DNA of 63,993 nt, filler included, from an uncultured bacterium (GCA_964449065.1; 6 parts of 6 records of this genome joined end to end with filler, not necessarily neighbours in it); one strand, 5' to 3'; shown: positions 1 through 10,652, counted from the whole stretch's first letter. Program-made: numbers and translations. Notes: generated by a model from the letters alone, not told the origin.

Positions 1-100
1 CGAACCCTCACCCCGGCCCTCTCCCGGTGGGCGAGGGTGATAGATTCAGCGAACGCCTAGAAAAACGGGCATATCATAATGTAGTGCGTAACGTGAGTTA
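1..100. mobile_element. MITE family A, right half (REP hairpin plus terminal inverted repeat)
   Basis: CCCTCACCCCGGCCCTCTCCC..GGGCGAGGG hairpin then TGCGTAACGTGAGTTA (85-100); aligns with 11014-11112. Confidence 0.7.
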
Positions 101-116
101 TATTAATTGAAACCCA

Positions 117-689
117 TTATTTTTCAATCATTTTCAGGAAATTTCCCAGCAAGCGTTTGCCTTCGACGGTGAGGATGGATTCGGGGTGAAACTGGACGCC
201 GTAGACGGGGAGTTCTTTGTGCTTGATTCCCATGATTTCCTGCTGGTCGGTTTCGGCGGTGATGGACAGGCAGTCCGGCAGACTTTCCCGGTCGACCAAA
301 AGCGAATGGTAGCGGGTGGCGCTGAAGGGAGTGGATAACCCGTTAAAGACCCCTTCGTTTTTGTGATAGACCATGGATGTCTTGCCGTGCATGATGCGGT
401 CGGCGCGGCGGACGGTTCCTTGAAAATATTGCCCGATGCATTGATGCCCCAAACACACGCCTAATATGGGTTTGGATTTGTGAAAGCGGTCGATTACCTC
501 CAACGAGATTCCGCCGTCTTCCGGACGGCCCGGGCCGGGGGATATGAGTATCCCATTCGGGTTCTTTTCTTCGATTTCATCCAGGGTGATTTGGTCGTTG
601 CGGTACACTTCCATACCGGCGCCCAGCTCGCCCAAGTATTGGAAGAGGTTGTAGGTGAACGAATCGTAATTGTCGATAACCAACAGCAT
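117..689 (-). CDS. trpG: Anthranilate/aminodeoxychorismate synthase component II (class I glutamine amidotransferase)
   Basis: [35 protein letters not shown] motifs; directly downstream of trpE. Confidence 0.92.
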   Translation of the reverse strand: MLLVIDNYDSFTYNLFQYLGELGAGMEVYRNDQITLDEIEEKNPNGILISPGPGRPEDGGISLEVIDRFHKSKPILGVCLGHQCIGQYFQGTVRRADRIMHGKTSMVYHKNEGVFNGLSTPFSATRYHSLLVDRESLPDCLSITAETDQQEIMGIKHKELPVYGVQFHPESILTVEGKRLLGNFLKMIEK

Positions 690-693
690 GAGA

Positions 694-2178
694 TTATTCC
701 TGATATTGTTCCGCCATCTCGATGGCGCGCAGCATGGCGCGGCTTTTGTTCTGCCACTCCTTATATTCTAACTCACGGTCTGAATCGGCGACAATCCCTG
801 CCGAGGCTTGGAAGTAGGCGGTGTCGTCCACGACCAATATCGTGCGCAGGGTAATGCAGAAATCCAAATCGCCGTTGAGGCCAAAATAGCCGACAGCCCC
901 GGCATAAGGTCCGCGTTTGGTTTGCTCTAAGTCTTCGATGATTTCCATCGCGCGGATTTTGGGAGATCCGGTTACCGTTCCGGCAGGGAAGGTGACGCGC
1001 ATTAAATCGTAGCCGTCATATTGGTCTTCCAAATCGCCTACGACATTGGAAACCATGTGCATGACGTGAGAGTAGCGCTCCACATACATTAAATCGGTCA
1101 CGTTGACAGAGTGGAACTTACATACCCTACCCACATCATTGCGGCCCAAATCGACCAGCATTACATGCTCGGCTTGCTCTTTAGGATCGTTCACCAACTC
1201 TTTTTCAAAGAACTTGTCTTCTTCCGGGGTATAGCCGCGCCGGCGGGTTCCAGCGATGGGGCGGTAGGTGACATGGTTGTTTTCCATGCGGATCAGGATT
1301 TCGGGCGAGCCGCCCACCAGGTGCATGTTGTCGCAGCGGAAGTAAAAGGTGTACGGCGAAGGATTGATTCGCCGGAGCGCGCGGTAGAGTTCAAGCGGTT
1401 TGGATTCGATTTTGACATCGCTGCGGATGCCGACTTGGATTTGGTAAATGTCGCCCGCTTTGATGTGTTCTTTGGAAATATCAACCGCATTTTGGAAGGA
1501 TGCTTTATCCCAGTTGGTTTTGACTTCAACCGGTTCTGATTTGCCGCGGCCAAAGGGAATTTCCGGCAGCGGTTTTTTTAGTTTATCCGCGATTTCATCT
1601 ATTTTGTTTTTAGCGAATTCGTAGGCATCTTCGGGAGTGGATTCGATCTTCGCGTTGTGAATGATCTGCATTGTGCGCTGAAAGTGATCGAAAGCCACCA
1701 CGGTATCGATGTAGTAAAACACCGCGTCGGGGATGCCGAAATCATCGTGGTTTTTAAATTGCAGGTTTTCAAAGAAACGGGTCATCTCATAATTAAGATA
1801 CCCCACCATGCCCCCGCAAAACGGGGGGAGCCCATCGACTTCTACATATTGGAATTGGGCTTCGAACTCTTTGAGATAATGGAGAGGATCTTTCTCTTTG
1901 GATAAGGGGTGTTCGGTTTTGGTGCCGTTGTATTCTTCGATGAGGGTCATCCCTCTGACATCAAAGCGGCGGTTGGGTTGAAAACCGATGAACGAATAGC
2001 GTCCCAGTTTTTCGCCTTGCTCCACACTTTCAAACAAAAAGGCGTGGGGGTCGTCACCCGCTAATTTTAAAAAAGCGGAAACCGGTGTTTCCAAATCAGC
2101 CATAATTTCCCGGCTGACCGGAATCATGTTGCCTTGGGAAGCCAGCTCTTTAAATTGGTCTAACAAAGGTAAATACAT
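694..2178 (-). CDS. trpE: Anthranilate synthase component I
   Basis: [61 protein letters not shown]. Confidence 0.93.
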   Translation of the reverse strand: MYLPLLDQFKELASQGNMIPVSREIMADLETPVSAFLKLAGDDPHAFLFESVEQGEKLGRYSFIGFQPNRRFDVRGMTLIEEYNGTKTEHPLSKEKDPLHYLKEFEAQFQYVEVDGLPPFCGGMVGYLNYEMTRFFENLQFKNHDDFGIPDAVFYYIDTVVAFDHFQRTMQIIHNAKIESTPEDAYEFAKNKIDEIADKLKKPLPEIPFGRGKSEPVEVKTNWDKASFQNAVDISKEHIKAGDIYQIQVGIRSDVKIESKPLELYRALRRINPSPYTFYFRCDNMHLVGGSPEILIRMENNHVTYRPIAGTRRRGYTPEEDKFFEKELVNDPKEQAEHVMLVDLGRNDVGRVCKFHSVNVTDLMYVERYSHVMHMVSNVVGDLEDQYDGYDLMRVTFPAGTVTGSPKIRAMEIIEDLEQTKRGPYAGAVGYFGLNGDLDFCITLRTILVVDDTAYFQASAGIVADSDRELEYKEWQNKSRAMLRAIEMAEQYQE

Positions 2179-2296
2179 TATTTCAACCTATAATCCAATA
2201 ATGGCAAAATATAGTCACCCACTAACAGACTTACAATGGTTGGACTTAAAAAAAGTAAAAAATGTTAACATCTCCACTGTCTGATCTTTAACAGAT

Positions 2297-2412
2297 TGTA
2301 CTTTTTTAAACATGTATTTTGTGTGCTTTTTTAGGCGTTAATTTTATAAGTTTAATATTAACAGTAGATTATGTAGTTTAAAAAAATACATATTTGTGGT
2401 ATGTGCTTTGCA
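2297..2412 (+). promoter_or_regulatory. sigma54 promoter of the porin gene with two candidate upstream activator sites
   Basis: TGGTAT-GTGCT-TTGCA at 2397-2412 fits the -24/-12 consensus; TGTAC-T6-AAACA (2297-2312) and TGTGC-T6-AGGCG (2322-2337) lie upstream across an AT-rich spacer. Confidence 0.65.
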
Positions 2413-2459
2413 TCGTCTTCCCCCATCTTAATATATTTTCCTGAAAGGAGATAAGGAGT

Positions 2460-3578
2460 ATGAGTATCAAATCCAGTGCAATTGCTTTATCTGCTGTGGC
2501 TGTATTGGGGTTAAGCCAAGCGCAAGCGGGTCCGTTAGCGGACGCAACCGCCGATGACTTGTGGGGGATCGAGTTAGGCGGTTATTTGGAAGTTTCTTCG
2601 ACGTACAACTTTGAAAGTCCAGTTTCAGATTCAAATGTAGGCCGCGTGTTTGACACCGATGATGGTGACATTATTGATCCAAGCGCGTTTCAATTCTACA
2701 TTGACCGTTTGCCGGAAGATGTAGGCGAAGCCGGTTTTCGGATTGACACCATTATCGGTGAAGACGCGCAAGGAATCGGCCCGGGACAAGGCGTGTTAAG
2801 TTCCGACGAGATTAACGTTTACCAAGCGTATGTGTCTTACATCGCCCCGGTTGGCAATGGTTTAACCATTGATGCCGGACGTTTCGCTACTTGGCATGGT
2901 TATGAAGTCATTGAAGGCCCGGCGAACGATCAAATTTCCCGCTCGTTCCTGTTCGGGTTTCCGATTCCGTTTACCCATGTCGGTATCCGCGGCAGTTATG
3001 ACTTCAGCGATATGGTTGGTGCCAGTGTTGGCGTTACCCAAGGTTGGGATGTGGTAGAAGACAACAACGATTCGTTCACTTACCACGCAGCGCTTTACCT
3101 GCAACCGACCGACGCGTTCTTTATCAGCAATACCTTCTCTTATGGTCCTGAAATTACCGGTGACAATGCCCAAGACAAATTCTTGTGGGATGTTGTCGCG
3201 ACCTACCAAATTACCGATCAAATTATGATTGGCGCGAACTTCGACTACACCACGGAAGAAGATACCGGCCCTGGCGGTGAAGATGGTGAAGTTTGGGGCA
3301 TTGGCGGCTATACCCGTTATGACTTTCGCGAAGATATGTATGTGGCATTGCGTGGTGAGTTCTTTGACGATAGCGACAACGTAAGCGCTCTTGGTTTGGG
3401 TCCAAACGAGTACTGGGAAATTACCATTACCTACGGATATCAAATCACCGAGCAGTTGATGGGAAGACTGGAATACCGTCACGATGATGCGGACTTAGCC
3501 GTATTTGATGGCGACAATGGTCTTGGAACAGAAGATTCGCAAGACACCATCGCGTTTGAAATTACCTATTCGTTCTAA
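2460..3578 (+). CDS. Outer-membrane beta-barrel porin (DUF1597/BBP2-like)
   Basis: Signal peptide; QAYV, GRF.T..GYEVI, N.SRS.LF...PFTH.G, RLEYRHD motifs; C-terminal Phe (ITYSF). Confidence 0.8.
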   Translation: MSIKSSAIALSAVAVLGLSQAQAGPLADATADDLWGIELGGYLEVSSTYNFESPVSDSNVGRVFDTDDGDIIDPSAFQFYIDRLPEDVGEAGFRIDTIIGEDAQGIGPGQGVLSSDEINVYQAYVSYIAPVGNGLTIDAGRFATWHGYEVIEGPANDQISRSFLFGFPIPFTHVGIRGSYDFSDMVGASVGVTQGWDVVEDNNDSFTYHAALYLQPTDAFFISNTFSYGPEITGDNAQDKFLWDVVATYQITDQIMIGANFDYTTEEDTGPGGEDGEVWGIGGYTRYDFREDMYVALRGEFFDDSDNVSALGLGPNEYWEITITYGYQITEQLMGRLEYRHDDADLAVFDGDNGLGTEDSQDTIAFEITYSF

Positions 3579-3610
3579 TTCCCCCAAATTAGAAACCCAT
3601 GTAACCCCCC

Positions 3611-3645
3611 AAAGGCGCTTCCATCCGGAAGCGCCTTTTTTCTTT
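3611..3645 (+). terminator. Rho-independent terminator
   Basis: AAAGGCGCTTCC-ATCC-GGAAGCGCCTTT followed by a T tract, just after the porin stop. Confidence 0.85.
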
Positions 3646-3704
3646 CCCAATTTGAAAACCGGACTAAAATTATTGTTGTCATTATTTCTATCGGGTAAGG
3701 GATC

Positions 3705-4769
3705 ATGAACGTATTCAAAATCATATTCGTAATCTGTTTTTTTCACGTATCTACTTCTATGCCAATTCAGGCGCAAGATTTACCTTCCGTTCCCCCATCG
3801 GTAATGGATTCGTTGACGCAAGAAGGGAATTCATTAGCGGATATGCTGAAAACAGATTTATTGAAGCGGCTGGTCGAAGCACAGAAAGAAAAGATGGAAC
3901 CGGGCAAAAGCCGTATACGCCGCCCGCGGCCGGAACTGGGCAAAGGCCGGTCGGATTATGACCCAATCGACCTTTCCAAATACATCGGCACGGAAGGCGA
4001 TCCCAACAAAGCCTATCAAACATTGCAGGAACTCGGCAAAGTGCCCGGGCCGGAAGCCGCTCCATTTCCCAAGTTAGCAAGCCCGGAAGAGGATAGGTGG
4101 AAAAGCGTGGCTCCCGAAAAACGGATGGCTCATATTGAAGATTTGCTGAAACGCCGGCGGTTCAAAGAGGGGCTTTCTGAAGTGGAAAATCTGTTGGACA
4201 GCAAATTGAGTGAAGAACAAAAGATAGACACGTTGGTGTTGCGGGAAAAGTTGTTGTTTCAAGATAAACGGTATGAGATGGTCGAGAGCGATTATTTTCG
4301 TCTAAAGAGTTACTATCCCAAGAGCAATGAAATCCAGGATCTGTTTTCTTATCTGGAGAAGGAAGCGGGTCTTGCGCCCTTGCAGGAAGAAGTGATGGCC
4401 AACCCAGCTGATCCGGATTTACAGCGCAAACTGTTGGATCAGTATTTGAAGTACGAATGGCTGGATATGGCGGAAGAGTTTTTCGCGGATACGATTCAGG
4501 ATACCTCCAAACCGACGATTGAGAGTTTGAGCGAGATTTATTACCGCAAGCGGGATTTTCCGATGCTGGTGAAACTGTCTGAAGCGGCGTATAATGCGCA
4601 TCCCGGTGAAGCGGTGTTTTTGTATAACCAAGCGGTGGGAGTTTTAAATGAGCAGCATCCTGGAGCAAGGTCTGATGCGCTTGAGTTGCTGCAAAAAGCG
4701 CGTACGTTGGCACGCACACCGGCCATGCAAAAGCGTATAGAATGGTATTTGAATAAGTTGAAGAAATAA
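3705..4769 (+). CDS. Exported TPR-like helical protein of unknown function
   Basis: N-terminal signal peptide (IQA-QD); amphipathic helical repeats. Confidence 0.6.
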   Translation: MNVFKIIFVICFFHVSTSMPIQAQDLPSVPPSVMDSLTQEGNSLADMLKTDLLKRLVEAQKEKMEPGKSRIRRPRPELGKGRSDYDPIDLSKYIGTEGDPNKAYQTLQELGKVPGPEAAPFPKLASPEEDRWKSVAPEKRMAHIEDLLKRRRFKEGLSEVENLLDSKLSEEQKIDTLVLREKLLFQDKRYEMVESDYFRLKSYYPKSNEIQDLFSYLEKEAGLAPLQEEVMANPADPDLQRKLLDQYLKYEWLDMAEEFFADTIQDTSKPTIESLSEIYYRKRDFPMLVKLSEAAYNAHPGEAVFLYNQAVGVLNEQHPGARSDALELLQKARTLARTPAMQKRIEWYLNKLKK

Positions 4770-4796
4770 TGGAATGATGGATCCATACAAAATATT

Positions 4797-4822
4797 ACCA
4801 CAGAGACACAGAGGACACAGAG
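4797..4822. repeat. ACCACAGAGACACAGAGGRCACRGAG intergenic repeat
   Basis: Near-identical copy at 61711-61736. Confidence 0.7.
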
Positions 4823-4843
4823 AATAAATATAGGAATGAAATA

Positions 4844-5440
4844 ATGGATAGTGTAACAGTACGGCAGGCGTTATTGAGTGTATTTGATAAGACCGGGGTG
4901 GTGGATCTGGCGAAGGCTTTGGTGGAACATGACTGCCATATCCTTTCGACCGGCGGTACCGGCAGTGCGTTAACCGAAGCAGGGATAACTTATCAAGAAG
5001 TGAGTGACTACACCGGTTCGCCTGAAATGCTGGGGGGACGGGTGAAGACACTGCATCCGAAAATACACGGCGGGATTTTGTATAAGCGTGAGGATGATGG
5101 GCAAGTGAAAGAGGCCGGTCAGCATGGCGTGAAGCCGATTGACCTGGTGGCGGTGAATTTGTATCCGTTCCAAGAGACAGTGGCGAAGCCGGAGGTGACA
5201 TTGGATGAGGCGGCCGAGAACATTGATATCGGCGGGCCGGCGATGATTCGCGCGGCCGCGAAGAATTTCCAGTCGGTCGTGGTGGTGACCAGCCCGGATG
5301 ATTACAGCCTGATCATTGATGAATTGAAGAACAACGGCGGTATATCGTTTTCGCTGCGCCGCATGCTGGCCGCCAAAGCCTTTTTGCATACCTCGCAGTA
5401 TGACGATGCTATAACAAACTATCTGCAATCGATTGGGTAA
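4844..5440 (+). CDS. purH: IMP cyclohydrolase (PurH N-terminal MGS-like domain only)
   Basis: ALLSVFDKTG, STGGT, GGRVKTLHPKIHGGIL, VNLYPF, ENIDIGGP; stops before the AICAR transformylase domain. Confidence 0.85.
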   Translation: MDSVTVRQALLSVFDKTGVVDLAKALVEHDCHILSTGGTGSALTEAGITYQEVSDYTGSPEMLGGRVKTLHPKIHGGILYKREDDGQVKEAGQHGVKPIDLVAVNLYPFQETVAKPEVTLDEAAENIDIGGPAMIRAAAKNFQSVVVVTSPDDYSLIIDELKNNGGISFSLRRMLAAKAFLHTSQYDDAITNYLQSIG

Positions 5441-5505
5441 AAACCATTTGTACCGGTGTTGCGAGACTTGTAAAATATGAGAATCACAATTAATGGAAAC
5501 GGATT

Positions 5506-5745
5506 ATGAATGAAATTGGAATTGTAGAAGCGCAAAATCATTTCTCCGACATTCTGCGCCGGGTAGAGGAAGGAGAATCGTTTGTCATTACACGGGATGA
5601 TAAAGCCATCGCGACGCTCTCTCCCTCGAAAGAAGAAAAAAAAAATCAAAAAGATGCGTGGGGAAAATGGATTGAATTGGTGAATGAACCCCCTATTGGA
5701 ACATTAGAAGAAATCACCGAGTGGAAGGCGGAGGGCAGAAGGTGA
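5506..5745 (+). CDS. Phd/YefM-family antitoxin, copy 1
   Basis: EA..HFSDILRRVEEGESFVITR signature; GTGA overlap with the PIN gene. Confidence 0.85.
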   Translation: MNEIGIVEAQNHFSDILRRVEEGESFVITRDDKAIATLSPSKEEKKNQKDAWGKWIELVNEPPIGTLEEITEWKAEGRR

Positions 5746-6164
5746 TCGTAATTGATTGTTCGATATTGATGGCTGTGTTATTGCCGGATGAACAGCACCC
5801 ATTTGCTTTAAATATTTTTGAACAGGCGAGAGAAAACCAACAAGAATTATTGATACCATCATTTTTATATATAGAAGCGAACAATGTTCTTCTAATGGCA
5901 AGCCGCCGTAAACGAATAGAGGAAAATAAGTTAAACGATTATTTAAAAAGAATTTCTAATTTACCAGTTGTTGTTGACAATGCTGCATTTTTACCAAAAA
6001 AGCAAACAGAGTTAACAAGGTTTGCACAAAAAAATGGCCTTTCTATCTATGATGCCGTATATCTTGAATTGGCCATGCGCAAAAACTGCCCGCTTGCCAC
6101 ATTGGATAAATCGTTAAGACATGCGGCTGAGATGAGTGGATTGTTATATAAAGTAAACCCGTAG
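5742..6164 (+). CDS. vapC: VapC PIN-domain toxin, copy 1
   Basis: VIDCS, E..N.L, LS.YDA.YLELA, LATLD..L. Confidence 0.85.
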   Translation: MIVIDCSILMAVLLPDEQHPFALNIFEQARENQQELLIPSFLYIEANNVLLMASRRKRIEENKLNDYLKRISNLPVVVDNAAFLPKKQTELTRFAQKNGLSIYDAVYLELAMRKNCPLATLDKSLRHAAEMSGLLYKVNP

Positions 6165-6232
6165 GAGGGATCAACTTCAATCATCGACACAGTGATAGTA
6201 AACGATCTTCATCACATACATTGGAATCAATC

Positions 6233-6472
6233 ATGAATGAAATTGGAATTGTAGAAGCGCTAAATCATTTCTCCGACATTCTGCGCCGGGTAGAGGAAGG
6301 AGAATCGTTTGTCATTACACGGGATGATAAAGCCATCGCGACGCTCTCTCCTTCTGAAATCGAAAAAATGAATCAAAAAGAAGCATGGGCAAAACTGAGA
6401 GAGTTGCTTCAGACAAATCCTATCGGCACGTTAGAAGAGATACAGCAATGGAAAGCGGAAGGTAGAAAGTGA
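6233..6472 (+). CDS. Phd/YefM-family antitoxin, copy 2
   Basis: First ~120 nt differ from copy 1 by one base; C-terminal part diverged. Confidence 0.85.
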   Translation: MNEIGIVEALNHFSDILRRVEEGESFVITRDDKAIATLSPSEIEKMNQKEAWAKLRELLQTNPIGTLEEIQQWKAEGRK

Positions 6473-6746
6473 TTGTTGTTGATTGTTCTACAAGAGAAGA
6501 AGAATCAGCAAAGAAAGTTTGCTGGATTATCATAAGGCGATATCAAATCTTCCATTACATGTGGATTATTCTTCTGACGATGAAAATAACAGTAAAACAA
6601 TTCTGAAATTGTCCATTGACTTTTCTTTAACGTTTTACGATGCTCAATATCTTGAATTAGCCATCCGCAAAAATTGCCCGCTTGCCACATTGGATAAATC
6701 TTTAAGACATGCGGCTGAGACGCTTGGATTGCTATACGAAGCGTGA
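6469..6746 (+). pseudogene. vapC: VapC toxin copy 2 with frameshifting internal deletion
   Basis: GTG-IVVDCS start overlaps the antitoxin stop, then jumps out of frame to YKRRRISKE...YDAQYLELA..LATLD; about 45-50 codons missing relative to copy 1. Confidence 0.75.
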
Positions 6747-6751
6747 AAAAA

Positions 6752-8107
6752 TCACTTCGACAAATCCAGCACCGCTTTTTCCAGGCTGCCGCAGAGTTCG
6801 GCGATGTCACCGCTTTCGACGCTGCAAAACGCCACACGGATGCCGTTGATATCGCCCTGTTCAATCGGTACGGTGCCGATCTTGTACTGCTTCAGCAAAT
6901 GATCGCAGACATCAAAGGCTTTCAAGCCGCAGCCTTTTTTAAGATTGATAAAGCAGAAGAACCCGCCTTGGAAGGGGTCAGGCTGCAAGATACCGGTTTT
7001 GATTTTAGCCAAATGCTCTTTCATCAAGCGGTAACGTTCGCCCAATACGCCAATAACTTTTTGGCGCTCATCCATCACTTGTTCGATGTTTTGCAGCGCT
7101 TTTTGGGCCGCCGATTGCGCGGGCATGGAACTATTCGAAACCGTGTTGCGTACCACCGCTTGGAATTTGTTTTGCAGTTGTTTCAGCACGACATCACGGT
7201 CCGCGTTGGCGAACCATTCATCCGGACACATTAAGGTAATGGCACCGACCCGCGCTCCGTACCATAACAACTCTTTGCTGATGCCGTCCATTTTGATGGG
7301 CAAAAAGTTTTCGCGGGGATGAAATTGGTAAAAGAGCGAATATTTGGCGGCTTTGTCATCATACACATAGCCTTCATACGCGTCGTCAAACATCAGCACC
7401 AATCGTTTGCCGGGCGTATCGTCAACAAGTTGTTGAAGCGTTTTGACGATTTCTTCTCCGGCGGATATCGGGGGACAGTACCCGGTTGGGTTGTTGGGGA
7501 AGTTTAAGATCGCGGTGGCGGTGTCTTGCTGGTTCCACACGTTTTTGATGGCTTGCACAAAGCCTTCAAGGTTAAAATCCTGCCCCACAAACGCGGGGAA
7601 CTCTTCAACCGTCACGCCGATATTGCGCAGAAAGATATTGTCATAGTTTTCCCACCGTTTGTCGGGCACAATGATGGGATCGCCGGGATTCACAAACATG
7701 CGCGTGCAGATAGAAATAGCGCCGGTAATCCCCGAAACGATCATCGGATTCATGATTTGTTTCCCCAACCGGTCTTTTTCCGTGCCGGATTTCGCGAGCA
7801 GCCATTCTTTCCAAACATCCCGAAAGGCGGGGGTGCCAACTTCCGGGGCGTAGGGGAAAATTTCTTCCGTGCTCAAGCCGGGGAATGATTCTTTGATGGA
7901 TGGAATGCAAAGCGTAATCTTGCTGTCATCGCCGCCGGGAAAGACATCGCGGGCACGGCCTTTCGCTGAACCAATTGTCGCGTTGATTTTGGCTTCGGTC
8001 TTGGAACGGCCGGTCCAATAGAAAATGCCGGTGGGGTTAAACACCGTTTTGCCGTAGCCGGAAAAGAAGTCGAGCGCGCCGGATTCTTGCAGTTCAGGAA
8101 AGTCCAT
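6752..8107 (-). CDS. PLP-dependent aminotransferase class I/II
   Basis: NATIG, WENY, LNFPNNPTGY, DDAY, DGISKE...GARVG. Confidence 0.85.
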   Translation of the reverse strand: MDFPELQESGALDFFSGYGKTVFNPTGIFYWTGRSKTEAKINATIGSAKGRARDVFPGGDDSKITLCIPSIKESFPGLSTEEIFPYAPEVGTPAFRDVWKEWLLAKSGTEKDRLGKQIMNPMIVSGITGAISICTRMFVNPGDPIIVPDKRWENYDNIFLRNIGVTVEEFPAFVGQDFNLEGFVQAIKNVWNQQDTATAILNFPNNPTGYCPPISAGEEIVKTLQQLVDDTPGKRLVLMFDDAYEGYVYDDKAAKYSLFYQFHPRENFLPIKMDGISKELLWYGARVGAITLMCPDEWFANADRDVVLKQLQNKFQAVVRNTVSNSSMPAQSAAQKALQNIEQVMDERQKVIGVLGERYRLMKEHLAKIKTGILQPDPFQGGFFCFINLKKGCGLKAFDVCDHLLKQYKIGTVPIEQGDINGIRVAFCSVESGDIAELCGSLEKAVLDLSK

Positions 8108-8245
8108 GAGTTTTCTCCAGATCAAAGAAGAGCAATAGATGATTTGTTGATAATTCTCTCTTGTGGAAAATGATGGTCAAGCCGCAGCCGAACCTTTCAT
8201 CCCTTTTCATTCTATCGTAACGTATTAGAGAGACTTTTTGGGAGA

Positions 8246-9574
8246 ATGATTATGCAAATTTCGCTTGTATTCTTTTTCTTGGTATCGATAGGCAGTGTGA
8301 ATGCCGTTGATGAATTCAACTCCCGCAATAAGCCGGAACGGGTGGAACGCTTTCGCGATCTGGGGCTGGGTGTGTTTATCCACTGGAGCATGGACAGCCA
8401 ACTCGGCAGCGTAATCAGCCATTCGATGGTGGGCGCGTCGAAAACGTATTTGGAGCGCTTTGTGAATGAACTGCCGAAGTCGTTTAACCCACAAAAATTT
8501 GACCCGTATGAATGGGCGGCGTTGTGTAAACTGGCGGGATTTAAATATGTAGTGTTTACGGCGAAACACCATTCCGGCTTTTGTATGTTTGATACCAAAA
8601 CTACGGATTTTGATATTATGAATACGCCTTATGGCAAAGATATTTGCGCGCAGTTGGCGCCCGCGTTCCGCCAGCAGGGATTGGATGTGGGATTTTATTT
8701 CTCGCCGGATGATTTTCATTTCTTGTATCAAAACGGCATTCCAATCCGCCGGATTGGCAAGAACGTGACGGTGAAGGATAATTTGGATTTACGCCGCTTC
8801 GATCAAGCGCAATTGACGGAATTGCTCAGCAATTATGGCAAGATCGATATCCTGTTTATCGATGGGATCGATGGGGCCGCGCATGGATTGACGGATCCGA
8901 GTTGGGACATGCAGCCGGATTTGGTCATTACCCGCGGCGCGATGGAAACGCCGGAACAAGAGATTCCGGGACAGCCGCTGCCCGGTCCATGGGAAGCGTG
9001 TTTTACCATGGGGACGCAATGGCATTATAAGCCCACGCATGAAGAGTATAAATCCGGTACCAAAGTGATTGAGATGCTGATAGAAACCCGCGCCAAAGGC
9101 GGCAATCTTCTGCTCAATTTGGGGCCGAAGCCGAACGGAGAGATACCGGTTGAGCAGGAAGAACGGTTGCGTGAACTCGCGTTGTGGATGTTTGTAAATG
9201 ATGAATCAATCTACAATACAAGACCGTGGGTGGTCACAAATGAGGAAGATATTTGGTTTACCAAAGCCAAGAATAAAAACACCGTGTATGCCCATGTAAC
9301 CCGGTCGCCGATGGAATTGGGAGAATCGAAAACAGTCCTTTTGCAATCGGTAAAGGCAATGGATAATACAGAAGTAAAGGTGCTGGGGCAGACCGGAGAG
9401 GTGTTGGAATATCATCCGGAAGTGGTGCCGAAAACCAGATGGGAGCAAACGGATGCCGGATTGCGCGTGACCTTTACGCGGGCACAGCGGCTGCACAATG
9501 ACCGCCGTTGGCCGAACCCGGTGGTATTAAAAATCACAAATGCCCGGCCTAACCAATCCTACAAGAACAGGTGA
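8246..9574 (+). CDS. Alpha-L-fucosidase (GH29), exported
   Basis: G.FIHW, FNP.KFDP..WA, FTAKHHSGFC, WEACFT, GGNLLLNLGP. Confidence 0.88.
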   Translation: MIMQISLVFFFLVSIGSVNAVDEFNSRNKPERVERFRDLGLGVFIHWSMDSQLGSVISHSMVGASKTYLERFVNELPKSFNPQKFDPYEWAALCKLAGFKYVVFTAKHHSGFCMFDTKTTDFDIMNTPYGKDICAQLAPAFRQQGLDVGFYFSPDDFHFLYQNGIPIRRIGKNVTVKDNLDLRRFDQAQLTELLSNYGKIDILFIDGIDGAAHGLTDPSWDMQPDLVITRGAMETPEQEIPGQPLPGPWEACFTMGTQWHYKPTHEEYKSGTKVIEMLIETRAKGGNLLLNLGPKPNGEIPVEQEERLRELALWMFVNDESIYNTRPWVVTNEEDIWFTKAKNKNTVYAHVTRSPMELGESKTVLLQSVKAMDNTEVKVLGQTGEVLEYHPEVVPKTRWEQTDAGLRVTFTRAQRLHNDRRWPNPVVLKITNARPNQSYKNR

Positions 9575-9578
9575 ACCG

Positions 9579-10652
9579 ATGGACTATACAACAAGAGTAA
9601 AACGCTTTACCGATCAATTGCAGTTTGAAAACGCTCATTGGCTGATCGTGCAAAATCTCAGCAATATCCGGTATTTGTCGGGATTTTCGGGCAGCCATGC
9701 GACGCTGCTGATCAGCCAGGATAAGAAGTACATCATTTCCGACGGGCGCTACCAAGAGCAGATCAAAAAAGAAGTTGTCGGATTCGAGCCCGTGATGGAA
9801 GGCGAACGCAAAGATACCGATGTGATACAGGAATTAATCGGCGGGGGAAGTCAATTGGTCTGGTTTGAAGGGGAGCATTGCAGCTACGGCCGCTATCAAA
9901 CCTTAAAAGAAAAACTGCCGGAAGCAACGCTAAAATCTCAAACAAAATTAATTGAGAATGCCCGCGAAACGAAGGATGATAATGAAATCGCTTTAATCAA
10001 AAAAGCCTTGGATGTGGCGGAAAACGCGTTCAAGAATACCGTCCCCCAAATCAAAGAGGGAATGGCGGAACGCGAACTTGGGCATTTGATCGAGCATGAA
10101 ATGTGGAAACTGGGGGCCGAGAAGGAATCGTTTGAAACACTGATTCAGTTTGGCGGCCGGTCATCCCTGCCGCATGGAAAACCGTCCCATGCGAAATTGT
10201 CATACGGACAAAACATACTGATGGACTTTGGTTGTGTGCTGAATGGTTACTGTTCCGACATAACCCGCATGGTATATTTCGGCGAACCCTCTGAAGAGAT
10301 GAAGAAAATCCATCAACTGGTAAAGGATGCCAATGAAAATGCCGCCGCCAATTTGATGCAGCATGTCACGTGTAAGCAGGGTGATGAGTTTGCGCGTATG
10401 GTTATTCGTGATGGCGGTTATGGCGATCTTTTTGTGCATGGCTTAGGGCATGGCTTGGGAATCGATGTTCATGAAGCCCCCCGCGTTTCGTTTCGCTCGG
10501 ATGAAACATTAAAAGCCGGGAATGTAGTCACAATTGAGCCGGGTATTTATATGGAAGGCCGCGGCGGTGTGCGCCTTGAGGATATCGCGGTGATTACCGA
10601 AGACGGGTGCGAGATCCTCAACCAAAGCAGCCGGGAGATGCTGGTGATTTAG
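9579..10652 (+). CDS. Xaa-Pro aminopeptidase (M24B)
   Basis: DGRY, DFG...GYCSDITR, HGLGHGLGIDVHEAP, TIEPGIY, GVRLED. Confidence 0.9.
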   Translation: MDYTTRVKRFTDQLQFENAHWLIVQNLSNIRYLSGFSGSHATLLISQDKKYIISDGRYQEQIKKEVVGFEPVMEGERKDTDVIQELIGGGSQLVWFEGEHCSYGRYQTLKEKLPEATLKSQTKLIENARETKDDNEIALIKKALDVAENAFKNTVPQIKEGMAERELGHLIEHEMWKLGAEKESFETLIQFGGRSSLPHGKPSHAKLSYGQNILMDFGCVLNGYCSDITRMVYFGEPSEEMKKIHQLVKDANENAAANLMQHVTCKQGDEFARMVIRDGGYGDLFVHGLGHGLGIDVHEAPRVSFRSDETLKAGNVVTIEPGIYMEGRGGVRLEDIAVITEDGCEILNQSSREMLVI

